Origin: Eledone cirrhosa
Lineage: Eukaryota
Length of the DNA stretch: 64,000 nucleotides
Reading direction: 5' to 3'
Assembly: GCA_964016885.1 (NCBI GenBank)
Contig: OZ024743.1
Span: 72,912,001 to 72,976,000 of the forward strand
In this document: piece by piece, positions 43,159 through 57,623 of the stretch
Layout: every line of letters begins with the position of its first letter
Numbering within the stretch: the first letter of the stretch is position 1
Notes under the pieces: generated by a model
The model's input: only the letters and a program-made list of their open reading frames with translations
Told to the model about the DNA's origin: nothing
The model's database searches: none
Made by a program: the position numbers and the translations under genes

Positions 43159-46100
43159 AGATAGATAGATAGATAGATATGCGTGTGTAATTATCGAAAA
43201 TACCTCAAAGAATGTTCGAAATTAAATATGTGCCCAACTTCTTACTATTTACCACTTGACTGCTTATCTTATTAATTGCATGCTCACAATATTTTCTCAA
43301 GCTTTTGGCAATTTCTGTAAATATATTTATTATCTGATAAAAGTCATTTTAATATGTTGGCAAACTTCTGAAAAAAATGCTCTTCAAAAATAATCGTGAT
43401 TGTCTAGAAAGTTTATGGGTTTTCCTATTTTCTACATAATATTGTCATTAACATCGCAATGTATTTTAGCTTTGTTCGGGTTTTGTTTATCATTTTCTTT
43501 TAATTTTCTCACCATTTCAAATATATAATAGAATTTTATGGTTGTTTGCTTTTATTGATATATTGTCTTCGTTTGATTTCTGTATAAATGGAGAATTAGT
43601 CGAGCGATAGCAATTATGTCCAGTGGTAAAACAAATTTGAAATTTTAATTGTTTGATGAAAACCCAATAAATAATATTTAATCAAAGATGAGTGTTGATG
43701 GGATAATTTTAGTGTGTCCTGCCGATTGGTTAAATAATTAAACTTCAATAAAAAAATGTCTGTTCTTATTTATTTATACATTTATATATTTTTTTATTAT
43801 CATAATTTCCATTTTTGTTTTTGCTTAATAAAATTGTTTGTTCTTTTTACCTAATGCTGATAACAATTCAATAGAATTGTGTTTATTTTTATTGTTCTTT
43901 CCATTGTGTATGTATAGTTATTTTATGAAGCGGGAACGGTTTATTTAAGTTTTGAAAATATTATTAAATTAATTTAAATACACATTGACCACACATGATA
44001 TATATTTAATTCAGAGAGAAAGCAGAATGTATATGATTTAGATTTTTTAAATCATTGAAACAAGAACAAAGTAATTGCAGACACATTCTCTTACTGTAAG
44101 AATATACAAATTGAAACTTAGAAAAACTCAACGATACACACTCACACACACACACACACACACACATCTACAAACACGAAAATAGACGCACGCACACACA
44201 CACACATCTACAAACACGAAAATAGACGCACGCACACACACACACATACACATACACACACTCACTCACTCACTCACTCACTCACTCACACACACACACA
44301 CACACATACACACCCAAACACACATATATATGGCTAATTGAAATCACATCTGTCTTTTCTTCAAAAGTATGTTCCGTTCCTTCCACAATTCAGTTTCAGT
44401 ATTTCTATTGTATCTTATATTTCTCATTCTTTACTCCTGATAATGGACAACCGTCCCAAACGCTATGACTCCTTTCCTACAATATCAAGCAATAAACTAA
44501 TAAATTTAGTCATCGTACTAAATCGTTTGCTTTCTTGTTTCGTTTACTTTTAGCATCTTAACTTACTGGAAACATTGTATTTGCTCCACTTATTTCTCTG
44601 TATACATGTCGAGCGTTAACATTTGAGTCATAGATGTTCTCAATGTTTTATGCCTCAGGTTCGTATCGCCATGTTTGTAATAGTCTTCACGTGAATCATT
44701 GACTAGAGGTAGTCCTGTCCATGTAGAGTCGTGTTAGGCAGGTATTAATGTTTGAAGATACAGAGAGTTTTCTTGACACATGGCGTAACCTTGAAGTACT
44801 ACATACTGTAGGCTTTCATGATCCAAACTCTAATATCCCGAACGTGTGCAGCGAAATATTGGTTCAGAATATGTCATAATTATATTTGTTTGTGTAGTCG
44901 CCTATATATCTAATTGATTATTGCACAAATATACAAACATGTACTTCGTTTTTGAATTTGTTTTTCTGAAAACGTGGGTTGAAACAGATATTGTTATACA
45001 TTGGGAGGGTCATACTGCCAATAAAAACACACGCACCTGTTGATTTTCACTTCAATTTATTATAAAATATGGTTGATGGACTTAATTTGGTGTTTTAATG
45101 TCCGCACTGCTAAAAATCCCTAACAAATCTCCATTTTAAAGCACGTATTACTGTGTATGTAAACGGGGAAGTCATCGTGGACTATTTTGTTTCTACGTGT
45201 AGTATTCTCTGAAACAAATAATTGATGGAATGCTTTTGTTCATATCAATAACAACCTCAAAAACGTTTATCTGTTAAATATAAGAATCTAAATTGCTTGG
45301 ATCTGCTTATTTTTCTGAGAAATTATTTCTTCCGAAATAATTTGTTGTGAATAGCAATACTATTTATATTTTCTAGATAACAATATCTCCATTGTGTAAT
45401 AAAAATATGCGATATAACCCTAATGATAATCATTTTCAATTATGTTTTATCTTTCAACGATCCAGAAATTACTGACCATTTAACTGTTTACTTTGTTATA
45501 TGTTAGATTGCTTTCCATGTGTGTAAATGTATATCACATATTGAGCAACAATGTTATACATAATAGCTCATTGATGTATATTATACATTATAGCTCATGG
45601 ATGGTTAAGTCCGTATGGATATTCTAAATATAATAAAAAGGCAATATAGAAATCGTTCTCTTCAGGTCGATTTTATGGTTTCAAACATACAATCATTTTA
45701 ATCATTTTGTGGCCATATTTCTCTACAGTCCTCGAATGTTATATACCAGTCACCATGAATTTCTACAGTTCTCGTGTTTCATGTTCAATATCACAATATT
45801 TCTCTACAGTCATCAGGTTTAATTTATCAGAGTCACCAGGAATTATTTCAGATTATGTGGATTAACTAACATTTAATAAAATTAAATTATTATTTAATAT
45901 CTAGGATGAAATTATGATACTTAAGACAAACAATCGTGTTTAAATTTGAACAATTTGAGAAAGGCGGTTCCGTGTAGATTGGTGTTTAAATAGTGAAATT
46001 ACATTTAAACACATAATATATTAGCGCCGATGGAACCTACTGAATTGCCACCTGTCAGAAATACAATGGGGGAGAACTATTCGGCTAGATGTGTAGATTA

Positions 46101-47114
46101 CACTTTTTGTTACAATCGTAATTTTTTATTTTTTTATTAAGTCATTTATTTTAAGTAATTATAAGCAAGACTCTCTTCTATTGACTTTGTCCTTCCTTTT
46201 GCTGAGGATTCTATTAACTAACGAAAACATGGGCTTCATTAAATTAATGTTTGTCAGGTGAAGAACGTTTAATTCAGAAATACATCTAGAATTAGCGATA
46301 TCTAATAATGAGTTGTTTCTCCCTTCTGCATGATATATCGTGTTTATATACATTCCTTTCAATAATGATTTCTTAGGAAATTAAACAGCTGAAAATTAAT
46401 AAGAAATTTGAAATCTCCAATGAACCATCAATGATCTCATTCATTTGCCATGTGTTTGGGTGATCTTGTTGCCCAGACACATTAACACTCACGCAATCAG
46501 ACAAACGGGTTATAGTGGTTGCTCATAGAAGATAACAATCCCATTATCGTAACATGTGTACGTATATATCAATATATATTTACGTACAGGTATTTGAATG
46601 TGAACAAGAAATTAAATGAGACTTTGCAGCATTCATTTCTTTCAAGTGGACATCAGTGTAGTAAACGAAGTAGAATAATTACTTAGATTTGGAAAACGAA
46701 ATCTTTCTAAGTGTTTCTGTACTGCACAAGCTGTACAGGTAGCTACACTGCGGCTGTCAACAAATGAATAATTTATTTTGACTAAGCTTGGCAGAAGTTT
46801 ACACTCAACAGCAACCGAACAGTATCCCAAAATGTGTATATTACAGTAAAGCTTTAAATATATCGAATAATTTGTTGACATTTAACGTAATGTTCACACT
46901 GAATCTTCTTGTTACTCTGCATTGCAGCCATTCCTGCTCGATGTTTCTCTATTTTATTCCTATAAGTTTTTCTAATCATCCCCAACATTCTCCAATCTCC
47001 TGACGCTATTTACCTAACTGAGTTGCTACAGTGGCGATATATAATAGACCTCACCCTCCATTGAAATTATCATAGATAAGGATAACACGCAGGAACACAA
47101 ACATACACAACCCG

Positions 47115-47173
<59 letters not shown>

Positions 47174-47331
47174 TAGAATTAGGATTTAGCTTCAAACATA
47201 CCTGTAGACAGATATGTATTGGAATTTCGTATTTCTAACGAAATACGGTATGTTTATAGATAAATATTTAGAAAGCCGTAGCTATGCAAGGGAGCCGTAG
47301 CTCAAGTCTAGCAGTTGCAAGAGTGGGATGG

Positions 47332-47375
47332 ATCGTCCTAATGAGGAGTGTTTAAGTTCGAAATACATCGGCGAT
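47332..47375 (+). ncRNA. Degenerate minimal hammerhead motif
   Basis: AUCGUC-CUAAUGA-GGAG...GUUC-GAAA-UACA-UC/GGCGAU: 6-bp stem I, G5 replaced by A. Confidence 0.5.
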
Positions 47376-47640
47376 TGTGCCCCTTGCTTCTGCTTGACAC
47401 GACCAAGGAGAGATAGCCCGGGTGGTTTGCATACCTAAGGCTTTATATATATATATATATATATACATATAGTTTTTATATAACAGAAAACAGTGTCTTT
47501 CAATAACCTTTCACCTTGGCATAAGCTAGTTCCGTGACGGCGATGAATATGTTTTGCAAGGTTTTTGATATGAAAATTGATATGGCAATATTGTAGCAAT
47601 ATGACCCTCCCCAAATATAACAATATATATATATATATAT

Positions 47641-48008
47641 ACAGGAGGCTGGACTGTTGCAAATCCTTCAATGGTTTATTATACTATGATCACTTCAATG
47701 ACCGGGTTCAGTATGAATCCGGTGACATCATCAGGTATTCAAAATATAATAAAGGAATATAACAGATAAAATCCATGGGGCTGAAAATCAGAGACAAGAG
47801 GACGACCGACTATTTAGCAGCTTCTACCTCGGTAGAATAGTCGGTCGTCCTCTAGTCTCTGATTTTCAGCCCCATGGATTTTATCTGTTATATTCCTTTA
47901 TTATATTTTGAATACCTGATGATGTCACCGGATTCATACTGAACCCGGTCATTGAAGTGATCATAGTATAATAAACCTTTTAAGGAGTTACACCAGTCCA
48001 GCCTCCTG
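47641..48008. mobile_element. Hairpin element with hammerhead-like motif on both arms (47681-47738 -, 47912-47969 +)
   Basis: AUAC-CUGAUGA-UGUCACCGG...CCGGUCAUU-GAAG-UGAUCA-UA/GUAU. Both arms have GAAG instead of GAAA. Confidence 0.75.
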
Positions 48009-48176
48009 TTATTTTATAATAATTAACTAGGTACTCGCACCACCAACTACACTAAAGAAGACGGGTGAGTTGCATTACGTTGAGTGCTCACCATAATATT
48101 AATCGAGGTTGACCATACGGAATGACCAGTTCTATCCAGTGGTGAACCAACAAATCTAAATAAATATATATCTATA

Positions 48177-48213
<37 letters not shown>

Positions 48214-48216
<3 letters not shown>

Positions 48217-48846
48217 AATAAGGGCGCTGCGGAGTTGCAAATGGGTTACATATGAAAAAAGTTTGTCCTTCATCAGTGATCTTCCAACCATCATAGGCAC
48301 TTCATCGCTTTAAAGACCATATACCTCCGGTTGGTGCGAGCAACGGCTAAAAAAAGTCGTTGGGACACGTAAATAAAGAGGACGCGAGTGTAAACAAACA
48401 AAATGGTGAAGCAACAGTAGGTGAGGAAGAAGGAGAAAAGTCCCAAATTTCTATGAATTTAAATTCGGTGAAATCGTGAACGAGAGAATAAAGACCATAA
48501 AACCTGGTTGAAATGTGAGCAAGGAAGGAATTTCGCACAGGTCTAACGGGAGGAAGAAGGGGTCTGGTCTGCGAATTCGGTAAACATAAGTTCTGTGAAA
48601 TCGTAGACGAGAGAGAGAAAAAATTCCGACCAGCTTGGCCGAGCGTGCGAGAGAAGAGAATTACGCACAGGTCAAACGGGAAGAAAGAGGATGAGGAGAG
48701 GTAGTGACAGAGAATGAGTGATTGAAGGGTGAGGAAGAGGCTAACAGAGAGAGAGACTGCTAGAAAGGGTAAAGATACATAGAACGAAAAAGACGAGTAG
48801 CAGCAGAGGAAAAGATATGTGTAAATATGATAATAAGGGCGCTGCG

Positions 48847-48848
<2 letters not shown>
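48214..48848 (-). mobile_element. 615-bp unit bounded by a ~20-bp direct repeat in (TA)n
   Basis: GATAATAAGGGCGCTGCGGA at 48214 and 48829. CTGATGA occurs on the minus strand near 48270, but no complete hammerhead is present. Confidence 0.55.
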
Positions 48849-48880
<32 letters not shown>

Positions 48881-49068
48881 AGATCAGAGCAAACATCACG
48901 GACGCTCTATCTCAAAATTATTTTTGAAAAGCATTAGAAATGCGCAACCGGTAAAACTTAAAACCAAAACTTAATACTAACCAATACTATTACTAATTAT
49001 CACTTATTCCTAATTAAACTATTTTTAACTGCGAACACTTTGTCAGCATTTTCTATTCCGTTTACCAC

Positions 49069-49156
<88 letters not shown>

Positions 49157-49289
49157 GATAAATCTACCAAGAGTTTACGGTAGTGTCCAATCCGTATGAA
49201 GAACTCAATGTAATCCGGATATCATGGAAAGAAGAGATGCAATGAAAAATCACTTTCGGTGAAAGATAAACGGAAAACAGAGTCAAGAT

Positions 49290-50316
49290 AAAATATTAAA
49301 AAAATAATGAATAAAACAATGAAGCAGTTCCTTATATTAAACAAAAAAAGTTCATTATTTAACGATCGTTTCTAGGATATATATGTGTTAGAATTGGCAT
49401 GCATATTCAACAGATCTATGTACAAAATTATACAAAATTATACAAACTATCAAAATTAAATATACATACCAAACACATATATATGCCGTCTTCAGAAATA
49501 ATGAAATATATTTATTGATAATAACAACAATTCAAAATTAGAGGTCTGTTTGGGAACAGAGTTCAAATTGACCAATGAAAATACAAAAAGTTTATACAGT
49601 TAGGTGTGTGTATACTTTCTGTATCTGGATCTAAATGTGTGTGGCAGTGTTTATGTGCGCGCATTAATATCCATATGCTTATGATAATGGTATATACACA
49701 CATATATATATGTGTGTGGGGGTGTATGTGTGTATGTATGTTTGTGGTTATGTGTATGTGTTTGCGTATACGCGCGTCTGTGTGTGAATGTACGTATATG
49801 TGTGAGTATATGAATGTGTGTATATATTTATTTTATATTTATATATGTGGGTACGTATTTTATCTGTAGATTATAAACATACAGAGACATTAGCCTTGAA
49901 TTTTTGTATTTACATACATCTTTTTGGCAAGCGTATGCATGTGAACATATATCTTTATGCATATCTGTGAACGAAGTTACTTATATGAATATATACACAC
50001 ACCTAACTGTATAAACTTTTTGTATTTTCATTGGTCAATTTGAACTCTGTTCCCAAACAGACCTCTAATTTTGAATTGTTGTTATTATCAATAAATATAT
50101 TTCATTATTTCTGAAGACGGCATATATATGTGTTTGGTATGTATATTTAATTTTGATAGTTTGTATAATTTTGTATAATTTTGTACATAGATCTGTTGAA
50201 TATGCATGCCAATTCTAACACATATATATCCTAGAAACGATCGTTAAATAATGAACTTTTTTTGTTTAATATAAGGAACTGCTTCATTGTTTTATTCATT
50301 ATTTTTTTAATATTTT
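49290..50316. mobile_element. Fold-back element with ~320-bp near-identical arms
   Basis: 49290-49610 is inverted at 49998-50316. Confidence 0.85.
50101..50255 (+). ncRNA. Type I hammerhead with very long stem II (mirror at 49351-49505, -)
   Basis: UUCAUUAUUU-CUGAAGA-CGGCAUAUAUAUGUGUU...AACACAUAUAUAUCCUA-GAAA-CGAUCG-UU/AAAUAAUGAA: perfect 10-bp stem I and palindromic stem III. Confidence 0.85.
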
Positions 50317-50618
50317 ATATATATATATATATATATTATTATTATTATTATATTAAATTATGTTATTTACTTATGTTCAGATACGGAGCAAAATCGGTAC
50401 CTAAGATTTCAAGAGTCAATATTAACCATATCACCAGAATATAAGAGGGATCAAAATTGCGACCTATCTTCATGCGCGTAAACGAGTTTATAAAATACCG
50501 TTAAAAGTAATGCTTCACGTGTAACTTTCTCCAATCAAAAATATTTTTCATATACTTCCTTTTTTAATATTCATATAGCAGAATAAAGTGACCCGCATTT
50601 AATTCAATATATATATCA

Positions 50619-50725
<107 letters not shown>

Positions 50726-50936
50726 ATTAAATAAATGGAAACTATATTTATAAAACCATATTTATTTCATTATATATATTTCAGGGATATCATATTAACA
50801 ATATGTTATGCCTTCTTCAGACAAAATACAATATAAACAGTCTTATAAATAAATAGATACGACATACCTTTCAATCGACTTGCATTTGGGAAGTTGATTT
50901 GGCAGTATCAACTTCCCAAATGCAAGTTTATATTGT

Positions 50937-51000
50937 ATTTTGTCTGAAGAAGGCATAACATATTGTTAATATGATATCCCTGAAATATATATAATGAAAT
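50937..51000 (+). ncRNA. Type I hammerhead in hairpin element 50723-51042 (mirror at 50764-50827, -)
   Basis: AUUUUGU-CUGAAGA-AGG...CCU-GAAA-UAUAUA-UA/AUGAAAU, followed by AATAAA. Confidence 0.8.
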
Positions 51001-51131
51001 AAATATGGTTTTATAAATATAGTTTCCATTTATTTAATATCATAAATATACTCCAAATACTTGTTGAGTGCTTTTATATCAGTTATAAATATTTACTCGT
51101 TGTTAACCCAACAATTTAAATATAATTTTCC

Positions 51132-51169
<38 letters not shown>

Positions 51170-51171
<2 letters not shown>

Positions 51172-51358
51172 CGAAGGAAATGTGGTAAGGAACCAGATAG
51201 ACCATAACGCACCAAAGTACTCAATACTTAGGGTAGTAGAGTGGGTAATAGGAACAAGTAGGACCCCAACGGCTGAGCTCAAGCCGTTTCGATGGCTAAT
51301 TCTGTCCAGAATTTGCCGTCGAAACGGCTTGACCTCAGCCGTCGGAGTCCTACTTGTT

Positions 51359-51362
<4 letters not shown>
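51170..51362 (-). mobile_element. Hairpin family A copy (shortest apex)
   Basis: Same arms and tail, in (TA)n. Confidence 0.85.
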
Positions 51363-51429
<67 letters not shown>

Positions 51430-51453
51430 GAGGTGTAACACACGAGTTGTGAT

Positions 51454-51794
51454 ATATTAGTAAAAGGAAAAGAAAATGCTGACCAATTTTTCCCAGTGAA
51501 AAATAGTTTAATTAGGAATAAGTATAAATTAGTAATAACTATTGGTTAGTATTCATTTTAGTATTAAGTTTTTACCGGTTGCGTATTTCTAATGCTTTTC
51601 AAAAATTTGATTAGAGCAAACATCACGAGCGCTCTATCTCAAAATAGTTTTTTGAAAAGCATTAGAAATGCGCAACTGGTAAAAACTTAATACTAAAACT
51701 GAATACTAACCAATAGTTATTACGAATTTATACTTATTCCTAATTAAACTATTTTTCACTGGGAAAAATTTGTCAATATTTTCTTTTACTTTTA

Positions 51795-51798
<4 letters not shown>
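51454..51798. mobile_element. Hairpin element (single-arm copies at ~8430-8682 and ~48885-49070)
   Basis: 51454-51605 is inverted at 51650-51798. Confidence 0.75.
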
Positions 51799-51829
<31 letters not shown>

Positions 51830-51835
<6 letters not shown>

Positions 51836-52734
51836 AAATTTCGCTCTACATGGCTGAATACAATAAATGTAATCTTGGTTTTTCGAATATTAATAAAGGT
51901 TTCTTATGTAGGCACAAGGACAGCAATTTGGAGGAGGGGAAATTCAATTAAAATCGACCCCAGTGCGTGACTGGTACTTTATTTTATCGACCCCGTAAGG
52001 ATGAAAGGCAAAGTTAACCTCGGCGGGATTTGAACTCAGACTGTAAAGGGACGTAACTATGCTAGAAAGCATGGCGTCCAACCCTCTACCAATACTGCCA
52101 ATTCACCGATTAATAATAACATTCGATTTGTTTGCAATTTTGCAAACAAGCCTCAATTTTATAGCCATCTCAGTTCGCATGCCAACACTAGAGCAAGAAT
52201 GAAGTGTTCATTCTACTGTCATGGCAATAAAATGTAGGTTTGTTTGCAAAATTGCACACGAATCGAATGTTATTATTAATATTCGAAAAACTCAGATTAC
52301 ATTTATTGTATTCAGCCGTGTAGAACGAAATTTCCTTTTTTATTTGAATTTGGCAAAGTCGGCCATTTATCGCTCGTATACAGGAAACTGACTGCGAGTC
52401 TGCTGATATGCAAATCTGGCTGATAAGTGGATCAGCTAATATGCAGATCTGAATGATCAGCCAGTTTGCTAATATGCAAATCAGGCCGATCAGTCACTGT
52501 GTACTTTTGAAAATAGCATATATTTTCACTATATCTGACAGTTTGGTAGGTCAACAGTGAGCTGTACTGATGAAGGGTGATACCCAGAAACATTAGTGTC
52601 TGCAGTTCTGTTCGCATGCCAACACAAGAGCAAGAATGAAGTATTCATTCTACTGAATTAGCTATAAAATTGAGGCTCGTTTGCAAAATTGCAAACGAAT
52701 CGAATGTTATTATCAATATTCGAAAAACACAGAT

Positions 52735-52737
<3 letters not shown>
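51830..52737 (+). mobile_element. Penelope-like/retrozyme-like element: inverted arm (split by SINE 51897-52110) plus 437-bp unit
   Basis: GTTCGCATGCCAACAC... is repeated at 52173 and 52610. A related fragment lies at ~20305-20500. Confidence 0.75.
52559..52608 (+). ncRNA. Canonical minimal type I hammerhead ribozyme
   Basis: GAGCUGUA-CUGAUGA-AGGGUGAUACCCA-GAAA-CAUUAGUG-UC/UGCAGUUC: 8-bp stem I, GGGU/ACCC stem II, GUC triplet. Confidence 0.9.
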
Positions 52738-52816
<79 letters not shown>

Positions 52817-52861
52817 TGTGTGTGATGTGTGTTGTGTGTGTGTGTCAAGATAAATTAACCG

Positions 52862-52956
52862 AGCCATAGACTCGCGTTATTCCCTGTCAATAATGTGCTC
52901 AAAGGTAAAGGAATCCTGAGCTCTTCAAAATACAATATGAAGAAAGGATAACACAC

Positions 52957-52999
<43 letters not shown>

Positions 53000-53573
53000 C
53001 CATCAATAAAACAGGGAAACCACCAGTGTATGGAATCTATAACCTACGGAAGGTAGGATAGACACATAATAATTAAAAATACAAATCACCTCTATAACTA
53101 TATATCACACACTTACAAATCCAAAGATATTTGTTTCGCCAAAAAATTATTGACTGAAATGGAAACACCTATGGGTCATGAGCGTGTGTTAGGCTGATAC
53201 ATTCCAGACAACTCTAAGAAAATATAACCGTCCTGCAACACGTGGTAGAGAGATATGGCAGAGGGCATAGAACAGTGAACCAGTGGTATTTGTGGGCTAG
53301 AAATGGCAGCCCAAACCCACTGAAAGAAACGTGCTCAACCAAACAGAGAGAGAGAGGGAAGATAAGCAGCGAAATATCTAGATTGATATTAGCCATAGAC
53401 TCGCGTTATTCCCTTTGGATTTGTACGTGTGTGATATATAGTTACAGAGGTGCGTATACACATGTTGATTTATATTTTTAATTATTATGTGTATACCCTA
53501 CCTTCTGTAGATTATAGACTCCATACACTGGTGGTTTCTCAGTTTTATTGATAGCACACACTTTCTCTCTCTC

Positions 53574-53628
<55 letters not shown>

Positions 53629-53645
53629 CTCTCTAGTGTGTTATC
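52862..53645. mobile_element. Element with 529-bp direct-repeat spacing and inverted arms
   Basis: AGCCATAGACTCGCGTTATTCCCT at 52862 and 53391; ~52935-53080 is inverted at ~53473-53660. No convincing hammerhead. Confidence 0.55.
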
Positions 53646-54171
53646 CTTTTTACATATTGTATATGTATATATATATATACATATATATAAGTATGTATAC
53701 GTACATACATATATGTATACAGACGTATAGTAGTATGTTTATACATGCAAACATATATATATGTACGTATGGGTTTACCGAACATTTATTATAATGCTCG
53801 GTTTGTTTGTAAACAAACAGCCCGATTTATGGTGTTCGGCCACCATCGTTGCCATTTTGTTCAACACTGACAAAGGAACGATGAACTAGTTTCTAGCGTA
53901 TTAGCTGTCATCAGCACCGTATACCTTCCTGTCAGTTGATTGAACGTTTGAAAGTATATACTTTCCTTATGCATATTAACAGCTGAGCAGCCTAATTTGC
54001 ATGTCGAGTGAGTTAGTCGGTCGGGCGTACCGAAAACGAAAAATGGAAAAAATGAAATTTCATTTCTCACTCTTAGTACGGCTGATACTTAAATATAAGT
54101 ATGTATACGTACATACATATATGTATACCGACGAACAACAGTATGTATATACATATATACTTGCACACATA

Positions 54172-54367
54172 TACGAGGTGTGTAAGAAAAGTTCCAGGAC
54201 TGATGTTACAAAAGATTTATTTCAAACCTAAACTTCACACTAAGAGTTTTCTCCTTCAAAGTAATCCCCCTGGAGTCTAATGCACTTTTCCATTCTTTTC
54301 TGCCATGCTTGCATGCACTCCTGGGAGGATTCTTCCGGGATCCTTCCTAGTTCCGTCGTCACGGCCT
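54172..54367 (-). pseudogene. Mariner transposon right end / transposase C-terminus
   Basis: Minus strand encodes ECMQAWQKRMEKCIRLQGDYFEG, followed by a TIR-like end (TACGAGG on +). Confidence 0.75.
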
Positions 54368-57239
54368 TCGACGTGTAGCTTCACATGAAATTTACTAACC
54401 GATAAACACTGCTATTTAGTGTGGTGACTACCTACGTATTTATCATGAAATCACTTAACCATTAACTCTACAAAAACAGCAGCAATGCCATTATAGTCAC
54501 TACCTCTGTCTCCCCATCTATCACTATTATTAGCAAATGGCGCCCCACGCGTTGTCCGCCCCGCTACCACGACGGGCAGAAGAGAGAGGGCGTTTCCCCG
54601 GAGGAAGGTGCGGGTGACTCGTTGGAAGAGCCATTCCAGCTCGCGAGGCTCAAACATGTAGTTAACCAACTCCGCGCCGATGGTGGTAAGGAGGGAGTTA
54701 TTCCTAGGGCCTGGTATAACAGAAGTCTCCTCTGCGATAGACTAGACCACAAACCTGGATGTCTAAATATTGCACCTACTTGCTCACGAATTGCATGTAA
54801 ACATTTCCTGAACTCAAACATTACGATGGAGGAATTAATTTGATCTAAATATTACAACTTCAATATATGAAATGTTGGTAGTAACACATAAATTTGATTT
54901 GCTGTATCTAATTAAATCTTGCTACTGAATTCAGTTCTTACTTGTATTTCTTAGGAAATGTTTCATTTCTTCCTCGTTTACTTTGTGTCGTGTAAACAAT
55001 AATGGCTAGCAATTGAGATAATTCGAAATTCATGAAGTTCATATTATTGCTAGTTAGGTATATCACACAAATATTTCTCACACTAGCGAGGTTGATTAGA
55101 ACTTGATAGTAGCTCTTTATAATTACCATAATTCTGAATGAGTTCATACAACAATTAGTGTATGTTTCGGTAAAATTATAGAATGATTCTGCCTACAATA
55201 TTTAGATGTAAATACTGCTATTGATCTTAACAACTCTAGTCAGAAATAAATTAACTTCGTATTATTACTTTCACTTTCACATTTTCTATTCTTTTGAAGT
55301 AAAGTTCTACTGATGTACTTGTTTATTAACACATTGCTCTTTTTTCACTCAATGTAACAACTCGATTTATATTTGCCTGAATGCAGGCTTCCATAGTAGA
55401 CGATAGATTTCAATGCAGTATAACTTACACCGTATAACCATCAAATATATGACAGTCTTTTTTATTATATAAAACACCACAACCTGGAAATAGAAGTTAA
55501 GGAATTAGAAATAGAAGAGGGAACGAAAGGGGGTAATGGAATAATTTGGACGAAAATCTCAAAGTTAGATAAAAAAGATAAAAAAGAACTGTATATGTTT
55601 TAATTATTTTTGTCTATAGTGTGTCAAGGAATGTAATGCTTCTATTTTATTTAAAACAATTAGAAAAAGACTACAAATATTGAAAAACTGTAAAGGAAGG
55701 GAAAAGCAAGTGCTCTAAAGCCACAGAAGAATGGGAGGTTGATGAGGCAGGGTGATGTGCTCTGGGCATAGGGCGCATCGGTGTTGCTGACAAAACCACA
55801 AAAGCATTACCGCGGATAATAGCGAGCGACACCCACTGCAACAACCACTCGACGTCGCAAGGCGCCATCTTCTGATGGGCTGCTGACGTTCTGGTTTTAG
55901 AGAGAAGCTCGGCTTTACTGAGTCTGAGTACACTTGAGGTCTCGACGAAGACCGATGCAAAATGGAAGCGGTCAGACAATCACATTAATTTTTTTTTTTT
56001 TTCGTCTTTTGGTACATGTTGAATTCAACAGTGTGTACGAAATATATATTGCTTTCATTCTGTCAATACAGACACGTAAGCACAATATCAACACATTCAC
56101 ACATATATACACATACACACATACATACACTCACACACATATACACATATACACAGATATACGCATTCACACCGATATACACATTCACACAGATATACAT
56201 GAATAGAGGAAGTGGCCGGACAATCCCTGTTTAATGTGATTTCAAAATTTGTTTAGTCAGTTTGGTAAATGTAAGTGAGAATATAAGCAAGCAAAAATAT
56301 TAGCAAAATCTAGGGGATCCTATTTTTGTTATGTTAGCAAAAAGCACGCTTTGATTCGTAGAAATATCTTAACGCATATTAGTCTATATTTTTTTTATTT
56401 TTCATTTAGAATCAACTTGTGGTTCTGGTTACTGACATGTCATCTTGGATTCTAATGTGAATTTTAGTCCCAAGCATGTAGTAACTATGTAATAGTCATC
56501 CTAAAAAATTTCCCCTCAAAATACTCTACAACTTCGACTTTCACAGCACTATTTGTAGTAATTATTTAGGAATATGTACAAATTTCGGTCGTGAAAAAAG
56601 GTTATTTGCGAAATCCCCAAAATAGGGTAAATTAAACAGTTTTAACTGGATTAAGTGACAGGATTTCGGCCATTCTCACAAATATATAAAAACACACAAA
56701 CATATATAATTGTTTGCCAGCTAAATTATTATTAGAAATCTAGAAATATACTGAAGTGAAAAGCAAACCAAACGGTGAATTTTCTTGTCTATTTTTGGCA
56801 ATATTAGGATAAGACGACCTTCTCCAGATATAACAATATCTACTTCAACACACGATTTCATATAAAAATAACCTTGTAAAACAGATTTCTCAAGATCACA
56901 TTTCCAAATCTAACCCTATGTTGGTCATCCTTGATTTTTTTTCTTTTTGCAGATCTTCATATTCCTTATACAGTTTTTTGGTTGAATTGTGCATCTTTTT
57001 TCTTCTTTACTAGAGAATTCCTGGATCTTTGGGCTAGTGTTTTTTTATGGCAGCTGAAAATATCTCTCCTAGTTCGACGTGATGGTAGAGAAAACACAAA
57101 GAGTACTTGTCGTTTGAAAGAGAGTTGAGTATGTGGTAACCTCCCCTGGAGTGTTTTCTCAAGCAACCAAATGGCCAATCTATTTTCCATTTTCATATTC
57201 TCGGATTCTTACATTTCTGAAACCCACTGTGAGAGGAAA

Positions 57240-57623
57240 GAGACTGAACACAATGATTGTTCAGGTTAAGCAAAGGTACAATTTGTAACGTGTGAACTTG
57301 GCTTGGAAAGGTTTCCACGTTTTCCATATTCTCCTGAACTTACACCTTCAGATTATCTTTTATTTGGAAGTTTGCAACATCTTCTAAATAGAAAAGAGCA
57401 CAAGGGGGTAGAGGCACTTGAAATGGACCTTCGCAACATATCGCCTCAAAGTCATATAATTTATATAAGAATGGAATAAGAAGAATGTTACATCGCTGGA
57501 AGAATGTTATTGATTTAGATGCAGAATATATATTTGATTAAATTAGTGTGTATTTTATTCATTTCTTTAAAAACTACTTCTAGAAACGGCATTACTCGTG
57601 GGATGACCTGTTATGTATATATA
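57240..57623 (+). pseudogene. Mariner transposase relic
   Basis: ELGLERFPRFPYSPELTPSDYLLF (YSPDLAPxD motif) and YKNGI...RWKNVIDLDAEY. Confidence 0.8.
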
